DNA of 64,000 nucleotides from a virus. The position numbers and the translations under genes are program-made. Of this stretch, positions 56,469 to 64,000 are shown piece by piece (positions within the stretch are counted from its first letter, which is position 1; each line of letters starts with the position of its first letter). The DNA lies in the IMG/VR virus record IMGVR_UViG_3300013426_000002, positions 32,001-96,000 of that record; one strand, given 5' to 3'. Under the pieces are notes generated by a model. That model was given only the letters and a program-made list of their open reading frames with translations. It did not search any database and was not told where the DNA came from.

Positions 56469-56873
56469 CTATTCTGTAATATAAGGATTTGCTTCTTCTA
56501 TTTCTAACACGGCTTGTTTCCAATCTTGATACGCTTTCGCAGCTGCTGTTTCGTCACCAAATTCTTTATATTTCACGTAAGCCATATAAAGTTTATCAGA
56601 TTTGGATACATATTTATCTTCTCTTACTTTTTTTATACGGTTGTTGATTAAATCAAGATTTGGTGTGCGCAGATTGTATATTGCCATTGGATCATCCACA
56701 ACGTAGTCTGCGTACTTTAGATAAAATGCACTTTGTTCTTCATTTAACAAAAACATTTTATCATCATCTGTAAGTTCATCTACAGATGTTACAATTTTGT
56801 CGGCTAAGTAATTATAAAGAAAATCTTTATTTATTGCTCCTGCACTATTTCTAGTTATATAATAAACTTCCAT
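56469..56873 (-). CDS. Small fibre-associated protein (possible assembly factor)
   Basis: The ATG at 56873 (MEVYYITRN) avoids the 23-nt overlap implied by the ORF-track start at 56900. No motif was found. It lies between the two fibre genes. Confidence 0.45.
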   Translation of the reverse strand: MEVYYITRNSAGAINKDFLYNYLADKIVTSVDELTDDDKMFLLNEEQSAFYLKYADYVVDDPMAIYNLRTPNLDLINNRIKKVREDKYVSKSDKLYMAYVKYKEFGDETAAAKAYQDWKQAVLEIEEANPYITE

Positions 56874-56877
56874 AATT

Positions 56878-59800
56878 TTAATAAGAGAAAATATAAACAA
56901 TAAATTTATCTACATCATGCGCATTGCCGTCTGTATCAAACCACATTACATCAAATTTTCCAGAGCTTAAGAATCCTATTTGGCAATTACCTCGGAACGC
57001 ACTACTAACAGTAGTAGTACTATTATAAATTTGACATACTGGCGCATAAACTGTAGACGCTGGTGTAAAGTTGACAGTATATCTTCCTGTAGCTGCTTTA
57101 GAAACAGTTGCTGTAAATCCTTTGGTTCTAAAGAAATATGCAGCAATTGGGGAGGGGTTTGTATTTACCATAATGGCTGCTTTAAGACCAGGAATTGAAA
57201 AGTTATCAGCTGTGATATCAGATGCAACCAAAGAAGTACAAGTCACATCCCCTGTAAATTTACCATTAGTAGCAACCATGCTCCCATTATCATATACTCT
57301 AAATGGAGCATTTGTTCGATTACCATGATTTGTACCTGCCCAAATTCTAACAGAATTTGTTGCTGTTCCAATCCCTGTTAAACCAGCTCTAGACGAGTAA
57401 GTACCATCACCAACGGTAATAATACCATCTGCCCAAAGTTTTAAAGGAGCGTTGCCATTAATAATCTTATTACCATCATCATCGGTTGTTGCACCTTTAT
57501 TTTCACCAGTACCGGCAGCTAAAAACGGAGACAGTCCGTCTGTTGCAGGATAGAAACAAACAACGTCATTTGTGGATCTAAAATAACTACTAGTAGCAGG
57601 ACTAAAACGCCAACCACCTATTGTAGCTTCTTCAGCAAACAATACACCTGTGGCGATATTCTCAAATGAATTCAGTTGTTTCCATTTAGAAGCTGACCAA
57701 GTACCAGTGATCGTAGAAGTATTTGCCATATAATATACCTTATTATAGGTAACTACATCCACTAAATCAGATGTTTTATAATAAGTTTTACTTTTATCAT
57801 ACTCGCCTCTAAAGTTTAAACCAGGACCCGTATCTCCTTTTGGTCCAGTGCTACCCGGATTTCCTTGTTCTCCTTGTGGACCCTGTGCCCCTTGTTCTCC
57901 ATCTTTACCTGATATTTTTGTTGGTAACGTCCACTGTTCGCCAGATTTTAGCTTACCTGTTTTTCCATCAAACAATGCAGTACTTTTCCATATAGAATAT
58001 CCACTTGCCGATGGTGCGTCTATATACCAATAATTACCATAACTATAAGTTCCACTAGAAGTTGGTCTTGATGTCATATATGGTCTTGTTGGTTGACTCT
58101 CGTTTGATCTACAGTAAGCAGATATTTCATAATCTCCAGGAACACCACCCTTAGCTTTAGTGATAGTGAAGTCGCAAACATCTACCACAGTACCAGATGC
58201 TGATGCTGGTACGTGAAACTCAATTTTAAATATCGTACTATCAAAACTTGTACCGAGTCTTGCTACAGTAAGCTTGTTATTAGTGGCATCTTCTGTTAAT
58301 TGGTTTTGTGAATTATCATCAACGTTGGTGTATGTAATAGAATATTCATTACTTTCTAATTTACGAGTACCTTGATACAAATAATAGTTTGTAGAAGCTT
58401 TCGCTAACTCTGAACTCTCCACTTCACCCAAATAATTTGCAGCAACTGTATGAGCTTCGTTTGACAATACAGCTCTGTAAGGACTTTCACCATCTTTACC
58501 ATCATAAAGTTTATTGATAGTAATCATATCAATGTATGTAGAGCCACCAAGTGTTGCCGTACATTCCACTTTAAATGTAACTTCTTTAACATTGTTACTA
58601 AAGTACGTACCATTAGGAGATACGACAAGTTCTTCAGTTATTTCGTTTTCAAGTAAAGTCCAAGTATCTGTTCCTACTATTTTCCAATACCAAGCGTAAG
58701 ATGGAGAAGGCATACCATAGGCAGTAGCATACAATGTTATTTGAGAAGGATTTACAGTTCCTTCTGTATCGTATTTAAATACCTGTTCTCCTGTTACTAA
58801 TACATAACAAGCATCTATACCATCAAAACCATTCTCGCCATTTTGTACTTTGTTTATCCACAAGTCTTTAGTAAAAGACAAAGAACCTACATTGATTGTT
58901 AATCTTATTCTTGCCGATGGTGAACCCAATGTTGCCAAAGTAACCTTATCTCTGTCAATGGTTACTGTTGCTGTGCCTTCTACTGTTTCTGCAGTAATAC
59001 TATCAATATATAAAGGATTGGTACCGTGATATGCGTATACATATGTGTAGATATTCGTAATAGTTATCTGAGGATTATTACCTGAAGCATCATAAGGTAT
59101 AGTCATGTTACCATTACTTAGGTCGATGTAATAAGCATCTTCCCCTGTAGCACCATCACCTAATTTGGCGATTTGTGTTTCATCATAAAAGGTTTCATCA
59201 CCACTTGTAACTGTGCAACGAACCATAAAATTACGCAGATCACCGAACATGTCAGGTCTAACTTCAAGTGTTTGGAAAGTACCAATGGTTTCGTTAGTAT
59301 TTTTATTAGTCCATATGAAAACAGGATCTTCTATATTATAAGCATTACAATATAACGTTATGACAGACGGTGTTGGTGTTCCTTCAAAATTGGGATTATC
59401 GTATAAAAACAGTCTTTCACCAGTAATCTCTACCCATTTTGCAGTATCAGAACCAGCTGTACCTTTCTCTCCCTTTTCTACTTGTAGCAGCCACTCATCA
59501 TTATCTTTACTCGGGATACTTGTGGTTTCAGTGGCAATACACAACCATAGAGAACCATCATACGATACTCTATCATAATAATAATACGTATTTCCCGGCA
59601 CATATTGTCCTCTATCAACTGGTACTCTAACTATATCACCAGTTTGCGTAGTTTGCATTAACGTACCGACAAACTTGCTATTTTTACCAATAGAAGTGCG
59701 AGATTTATTTACCAAGCTAAAATCATCAATATTATCATACATGGTAATACTGGGGCCATCTGAGCCTCTTGCCGAAATCATAATGGCTGATCTACGGTCT

Positions 59801-61047
59801 TCATTACCAGGATATCTGTTACCCAATTGAATGATTTTATCCTTTGGTTCTGGTACAGAACTGCCAGGTTCACATACAGAATCTGATAATACCACGTAGT
59901 CTTCACCTACTTCAGAAACCATACGCCAGTATCTCTTTACATTCTGCCCATCAAATATTTGACATATAGCTTGGTCACCAACTACAAATGGATTTCTAAC
60001 AGTTCCATCTTGTGTGTCAAAAGTACACTTATAGTCATTGCTATCTGTAGTAGACACATCTAATATCTCTAGATCTGCAACAGATACAAGAATATCACCA
60101 CCTGTAGCTTTTATTTCATTTACAAGTAGTTCATTGACTGTCATCCTACCTCTAACAAATAAATCGTCTACTTCTAATTTCCACCTGCCATTAATGGGCC
60201 ACAGACTAGCACCTTCTCCGAGGAAACCTTCTCTAAAAGTTTGTCCACCTTGTATACCTTTTAAGAACTTGATATAACCTTTTGCGGTATCATCTGTTTT
60301 CTTAGATATGTAATTTAAATCAGATCGCTTAGCAGAGTATAAGTTTCCATCAGTGGGTTGTGTGTTGTCATTACTGGTGATCATATATTTAGTATCACCA
60401 CCAATACTACCTTCTACAGATTTTATTTTGCCTTCCAATTTTGATAAAGCTTGATTCAAAGTATCTGTTGTAGCTAAATCACTAGTGTCCCCATTATAGT
60501 AATAACCAGATAATGGAAATATGGTACTAGTAGGTTGTGTATGAAAACCAGGAGCAGTACCACTACCACCGCCATTAGCTATCAATTCTGCTAAAGCTGT
60601 TACAAGGTTCTCAGTAGTAGTTAACCTATTTAAAGCATCTTGTAATTGCTGCAAAGTAGATCTATTAGCAATATCATCTATCCAACCTTGTACTGTATCA
60701 TTAACTTCTGTTAAATCACTATCGTGTTTGTTTTCAAGAGTAATGATTTTATTATTTAATATGTCATAGTAGCTAGTAATATTACTAGTAAGATTATTGG
60801 TAACATTGGTATCACCTTCTGTGATTTTGTTGGATAGATCTGTATAATTATTATCTACTTTTGTATCAAGGTTTGCTACATCTCCTTCAATGCCATCTAC
60901 TCTTTCATTAGTAGCAAATGTACCAGATAAACTAGTTTCAAAATCATCTTTATGAATTATCTTATTAGTTTTATCTTGTACAAGAGTTAGGATATCATTA
61001 TCTTCAAAAGAAGTAGCAACCTCAAATTGTGATATCTTTTTATTCAT
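56878..61047 (-). CDS. Large tail fibre/spike protein with a short collagen-like segment
   Basis: 1389 aa. The N-terminal coiled region is rich in N/T/D repeats. The Gly-X-Y run GKDGEQGAQGPQGEQGNPGSTGPKGDTGPG lies at about 57823-57911. Repeated beta-rich modules are also present (LYCNAYNIEDP.. and LYATAYGMPSP..). Confidence 0.7.
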   Translation of the reverse strand: MNKKISQFEVATSFEDNDILTLVQDKTNKIIHKDDFETSLSGTFATNERVDGIEGDVANLDTKVDNNYTDLSNKITEGDTNVTNNLTSNITSYYDILNNKIITLENKHDSDLTEVNDTVQGWIDDIANRSTLQQLQDALNRLTTTENLVTALAELIANGGGSGTAPGFHTQPTSTIFPLSGYYYNGDTSDLATTDTLNQALSKLEGKIKSVEGSIGGDTKYMITSNDNTQPTDGNLYSAKRSDLNYISKKTDDTAKGYIKFLKGIQGGQTFREGFLGEGASLWPINGRWKLEVDDLFVRGRMTVNELLVNEIKATGGDILVSVADLEILDVSTTDSNDYKCTFDTQDGTVRNPFVVGDQAICQIFDGQNVKRYWRMVSEVGEDYVVLSDSVCEPGSSVPEPKDKIIQLGNRYPGNEDRRSAIMISARGSDGPSITMYDNIDDFSLVNKSRTSIGKNSKFVGTLMQTTQTGDIVRVPVDRGQYVPGNTYYYYDRVSYDGSLWLCIATETTSIPSKDNDEWLLQVEKGEKGTAGSDTAKWVEITGERLFLYDNPNFEGTPTPSVITLYCNAYNIEDPVFIWTNKNTNETIGTFQTLEVRPDMFGDLRNFMVRCTVTSGDETFYDETQIAKLGDGATGEDAYYIDLSNGNMTIPYDASGNNPQITITNIYTYVYAYHGTNPLYIDSITAETVEGTATVTIDRDKVTLATLGSPSARIRLTINVGSLSFTKDLWINKVQNGENGFDGIDACYVLVTGEQVFKYDTEGTVNPSQITLYATAYGMPSPSYAWYWKIVGTDTWTLLENEITEELVVSPNGTYFSNNVKEVTFKVECTATLGGSTYIDMITINKLYDGKDGESPYRAVLSNEAHTVAANYLGEVESSELAKASTNYYLYQGTRKLESNEYSITYTNVDDNSQNQLTEDATNNKLTVARLGTSFDSTIFKIEFHVPASASGTVVDVCDFTITKAKGGVPGDYEISAYCRSNESQPTRPYMTSRPTSSGTYSYGNYWYIDAPSASGYSIWKSTALFDGKTGKLKSGEQWTLPTKISGKDGEQGAQGPQGEQGNPGSTGPKGDTGPGLNFRGEYDKSKTYYKTSDLVDVVTYNKVYYMANTSTITGTWSASKWKQLNSFENIATGVLFAEEATIGGWRFSPATSSYFRSTNDVVCFYPATDGLSPFLAAGTGENKGATTDDDGNKIINGNAPLKLWADGIITVGDGTYSSRAGLTGIGTATNSVRIWAGTNHGNRTNAPFRVYDNGSMVATNGKFTGDVTCTSLVASDITADNFSIPGLKAAIMVNTNPSPIAAYFFRTKGFTATVSKAATGRYTVNFTPASTVYAPVCQIYNSTTTVSSAFRGNCQIGFLSSGKFDVMWFDTDGNAHDVDKFIVYIFSY

Positions 61048-61048
61048 A

Positions 61049-61348
61049 TTACTCTTGAATTATATGTTCTTCTACTTCTGTTAATATGCAATCTTCGTCA
61101 ATATCTTTGTCTGGATAAAAATTAATCTGCTTTTTCAAACAGTTGATGTATTCTATGATTTTATCTACATCATCCTGAGTAATAGGAAATTCTTCATCGC
61201 CTATTTTAGTAGTTGCCCATTTTGATAACTTATCCAGATGTAATAATAATATTAAATTGGTAATAGAAGTTCTATCTAAATCCACATTGTACTTAGTAGA
61301 CTGATTAACCAGTTCACCAACTTTATTTACATAATTCGCAATATCCAT
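61049..61348 (-). CDS. Hypothetical acidic protein
   Basis: 99-aa ORF with no motif. Confidence 0.45.
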   Translation of the reverse strand: MDIANYVNKVGELVNQSTKYNVDLDRTSITNLILLLHLDKLSKWATTKIGDEEFPITQDDVDKIIEYINCLKKQINFYPDKDIDEDCILTEVEEHIIQE

Positions 61349-61592
61349 CTTTACAGGTTTTACAGTCGTTAATAGTACAATTACATGTTCTTAAATCAAG
61401 TAAATTGAGCATTTCTTTATAGTATCTATCTGCATCTTCTGTAAGATTCAATGCAGTAGCATCTTCATATAAAGTTTTCTTGAATAAGAACATCATGATT
61501 TTATCTTTCATTTTATTATCCAAGCAATTGTGACAATACCTGGTAAGCAATTTGATTTCTGCATAGTACAGAGATTCATTAATTTCATTCAT
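61323..61592 (-). CDS. Small Cys-rich (zinc-binding-like) protein
   Basis: 89 aa containing CHNC and a C-terminal C-x-C-x5-C-x2-C-x4-C-x2-C cluster (CNCTINDCKTCKDGYCELCK). Confidence 0.45.
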   Translation of the reverse strand: MNEINESLYYAEIKLLTRYCHNCLDNKMKDKIMMFLFKKTLYEDATALNLTEDADRYYKEMLNLLDLRTCNCTINDCKTCKDGYCELCK

Positions 61593-61603
61593 ATCAATCG
61601 TAT

Positions 61604-61644
61604 ATAAAAAGAAAAGGGATTAGGGATAACTTCCCCAATCCCTT
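61604..61644 (-). terminator. Intrinsic terminator directly after the putative capsid gene
   Basis: AAGGGATT(A)GGG (61614-) pairs with CCC(C)AATCCCTT (-61644). On the - strand the hairpin is followed by TTTTCTTTTTATATA. Confidence 0.75.
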
Positions 61645-61667
61645 AACTATGGTTAATATTGCTTTAA

Positions 61668-62660
61668 TTATGCTGTTACGTCTGTTCCAGCGATAAAGGA
61701 TTTAATCATATTCAAGAACAAAGCATTCGTAGTAATCTGATTTTTAACTACATAAATTTCAGTTGCTAACGGAGTGGTCTTGATATACTGATTATCATCA
61801 GACAAATATTTGTTATTCCATTCCATAGTGATAGTATCATATTCTGCAGTCAAGTCAGATCTGAATTCCGGAGCAACGTACGGATAAATACCGTTAGCTC
61901 TATGTGTGATACCTCTGTAACCCATTGCAGCATTTTCACGATCACGTACAATATACGCATTACCTTTGCCCGGTGTGCCCTGAGTTTTAGCAATTGTCAG
62001 ATTTGCAATCGGATACATTGCATTACTTAACAAACCAGAAGGAATTGTAGTCCACATAAATGCTTCTACAGATACCTGAGTATAACCATAATCCAACGTA
62101 ATACCCTTATTGTAGGGAATCTCTTTAGCGGTCAAAGTTAAAACAGCAGCAGAAACAGTAGCCGTAACTCTAGCTTCCTGATGTTTGTTAATTTTCTTTG
62201 CAAAAGCACTCATCAAATCTGCAGGAGCTGTGGTCTTTGCAATAACTTCATAAGTATGAGTAAACTGACCCGGAGCTTCATAAATATCATTATAAACTAA
62301 ACGAAGTACATAACGATGACCAACTTCCGGAGTAACAGAAGTTGCAGTAATAACGATCGTATCTTCAGATTTTGCTGCAAAACTAGTAACTACCAGTGTA
62401 GGATTAGAACCTTTCTGAATCTCTTTAGAGAATCTGATAATAGATTTAGTACTTTTCGTACCTGCCTGATTATAAACATCTTCTTTACCTTCGCAAACAC
62501 CTACGTAAATAGATTTTGCAGAAGCTGCAGCAGCAGCACTAGTTAAGATCTGTCTATTTTCATTAAAAAGAGCAATAGCTCCATCTGCCAAAGCATCAGC
62601 TGTGGTAAATGTAGCCGGTGCAGTTTTAGCAATCAATACAGTATTGACTTTCTGTAACAT
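61668..62660 (-). CDS. Putative major capsid protein
   Basis: 330 aa with an Ala/Thr/Val/Ser-rich composition and only a single Cys. It has its own strong terminator and sits in the head block next to connector-like paralogues. The assignment rests on context and composition only. Confidence 0.5.
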   Translation of the reverse strand: MLQKVNTVLIAKTAPATFTTADALADGAIALFNENRQILTSAAAAASAKSIYVGVCEGKEDVYNQAGTKSTKSIIRFSKEIQKGSNPTLVVTSFAAKSEDTIVITATSVTPEVGHRYVLRLVYNDIYEAPGQFTHTYEVIAKTTAPADLMSAFAKKINKHQEARVTATVSAAVLTLTAKEIPYNKGITLDYGYTQVSVEAFMWTTIPSGLLSNAMYPIANLTIAKTQGTPGKGNAYIVRDRENAAMGYRGITHRANGIYPYVAPEFRSDLTAEYDTITMEWNNKYLSDDNQYIKTTPLATEIYVVKNQITTNALFLNMIKSFIAGTDVTA

Positions 62661-62763
62661 AATTCAATAATTTTTAAACGTTAACAAAATTTTGGTTAAG
62701 CGTTTAGTTCAACTGGTTTAGTCTTCTACTTTCCATGTTTCAGATTTCCGCGTAAACTAAACT

Positions 62764-63465
62764 TTATTCCATCGTATTTACCTCGTTTACATACGATTGA
62801 TATCTTGGATTAGCCTTATTTTCTAAGTATAATTCAGCCGCTAGTTTTACAATCTCCTGGTGTGTAGATACAGGCATATCTGTATATTCATCAAAAGGAG
62901 CTGTGGTTAGGCTAATCCGTTTGGGGGTCCTCAAATAAGTGAGGATGTAATTCTTTATATTATAATTCCCATCTGTGTACAAGTGTATCTCATTACCTTG
63001 ATACAATCTTAAAGGTCTTGCAGAGTTACCATGTAATCTGTATTCTGATAACGTATTTTGTCTTTGTCTATCAAAATTTTCAATAGTAGCTTCTAGTACA
63101 TCTGTGTGTTTAGTCCTAGGCTGACCATTTGGTCCTTTGGGCCAACAGTTATCATTACTGTAGATTACTGCGGTTTCTCCTAAAGTAAACATGTAATCAG
63201 TAGGTAATGTGACTATTTGTTCTTCTGGGAATGTTGTAAACTGATATGTTTTGTTTGTTACAAGAGTACGAAGATCATCAATTCTTTTCTGATCCTGCTC
63301 AAATGCAGTACGCTTGTAATTGATACCAGAATATCTAGTTTTAATAAATTTGTCCAAACCAGCCATTAACCAATATTCAATATCTGCTGTAACTGGTTTC
63401 TCAATATTATTATCAAGTAAACCTATTTCGGTTTCAAATGCAGTTTGTAATTCAATAAATTTCAT
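62764..63465 (-). CDS. Head/connector-module protein (paralogue A)
   Basis: 233 aa. The C-terminal LTYLRTPKRISLTTAPFDEYTDMPVSTHQEIVKLAAELYLE parallels LTYYRKPLRFNTTTGASKCELPESIHSEIVDLAVNMFITE of the next gene. Confidence 0.5.
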   Translation of the reverse strand: MKFIELQTAFETEIGLLDNNIEKPVTADIEYWLMAGLDKFIKTRYSGINYKRTAFEQDQKRIDDLRTLVTNKTYQFTTFPEEQIVTLPTDYMFTLGETAVIYSNDNCWPKGPNGQPRTKHTDVLEATIENFDRQRQNTLSEYRLHGNSARPLRLYQGNEIHLYTDGNYNIKNYILTYLRTPKRISLTTAPFDEYTDMPVSTHQEIVKLAAELYLENKANPRYQSYVNEVNTME

Positions 63466-63467
63466 GA

Positions 63468-64000
63468 TTATTCGTTATTACTTTGGTTAGATGGTTTGGT
63501 TTGTAATCTATATTTTCCTTCAGTGATAAACATATTAACAGCCAAGTCAACAATTTCACTGTGTATAGATTCAGGTAATTCACATTTTGAAGCACCTGTG
63601 GTAGTGTTAAATCTTAATGGTTTTCTATAGTAAGTAAGAACTACACCATTTAAAGTGGTATATGCATCTGTTACTACTTCCATATACATGTATTTAGTAA
63701 TTGGATCAGATACTAATGCTACTGCGGGTTGTCTTACAATTGGTGTATTGTAAGCAGTTTTCATAAACTTAGGTAGATCTCTATACTTTACTAATTGATT
63801 ATCTACTTTAGTTTCAGTAGTGTACTGTTTATAAGTACCTTTCACTTTACTTAATGAATGAACATATAAGAAATATTCATCTGTAGTAGAATAAGGTAAT
63901 CTATATCTTGCAACACCATTTGATGTAACACCACTTTGCGTAAGTTCTTTTTCGACTAATAAACTTTTGATAGAATCTGTATTTCTAGTCTGTGTATTAG
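63468..64000 (-). CDS. Head/connector-module protein (paralogue B), 5'-truncated by the window edge
   Basis: The ORF-track start at 63845 is a GTG. The frame stays open upstream to position 64000 (...NTQTRNTDSIKSLLVEKELTQSGVTSNGVARYRLPYSTTDEYFLYVHSLSKV-KGTYKQ), so the gene continues beyond the window. Confidence 0.55.
   Translation of the reverse strand, partial: NTQTRNTDSIKSLLVEKELTQSGVTSNGVARYRLPYSTTDEYFLYVHSLSKVKGTYKQYTTETKVDNQLVKYRDLPKFMKTAYNTPIVRQPAVALVSDPITKYMYMEVVTDAYTTLNGVVLTYYRKPLRFNTTTGASKCELPESIHSEIVDLAVNMFITEGKYRLQTKPSNQSNNE

Noticed and set aside
1-64000. Stop-codon reassignment (TAG or TGA recoding), as reported for some crAss-like lineages
   Set aside because: ORFs of 1370-3137 codons run uninterrupted under the standard code, genes abut without in-frame stops, and the only tRNA found does not have a suppressor anticodon. 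The interruptions that do exist are explained by introns.

Overview
This window is a visibly AT-rich, gene-dense segment that almost entirely lacks Shine-Dalgarno sequences. It looks like part of a crAss-like (Crassvirales-type) podophage genome. Positions 1-12.5 kb on the + strand carry a replication and recombination module. It contains a tRNA, a family-B DNA polymerase, a DnaB-type helicase, a Sak4-like ATPase, an SSB, a DnaG-type primase, two metallophosphoesterases, a T7-endonuclease-I-like resolvase and a PD-(D/E)xK exonuclease. A bidirectional terminator near 12.48 kb marks the switch to the - strand. From 12.5 to 33 kb the - strand encodes giant proteins that are probably virion-delivered: a 1944-aa ART-like/zincin 'polyvalent' protein and a beta-prime-like (DFD motif) virion RNA polymerase fused to an SF1B helicase. 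From 33 to 64 kb it encodes tail, receptor-binding, lysis, collagen-like fibre and capsid genes. The main hunt results are as follows. (1) A diversity-generating-retroelement (DGR) type VR/TR pair lies at the 3' end of a C-type-lectin-like fibre gene. Of 20 mismatches over 69 nt, 19 fall on template adenines, yet no reverse transcriptase is present in the window. (2) The RNA polymerase gene is cut exactly inside its catalytic DFD|G motif by a group-I-like intron carrying a LAGLIDADG endonuclease. (3) The helicase gene is cut inside its Walker A loop by a second such intron. (4) A free-standing HNH endonuclease gene sits in the primase 3' end, flanked by a recoded duplicate of the primase C-terminus. 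(5) A structured non-coding gap of about 230 nt ends in a tRNA-like T-arm and acceptor stem. Functional calls rest on motifs read by eye; no database search was run.
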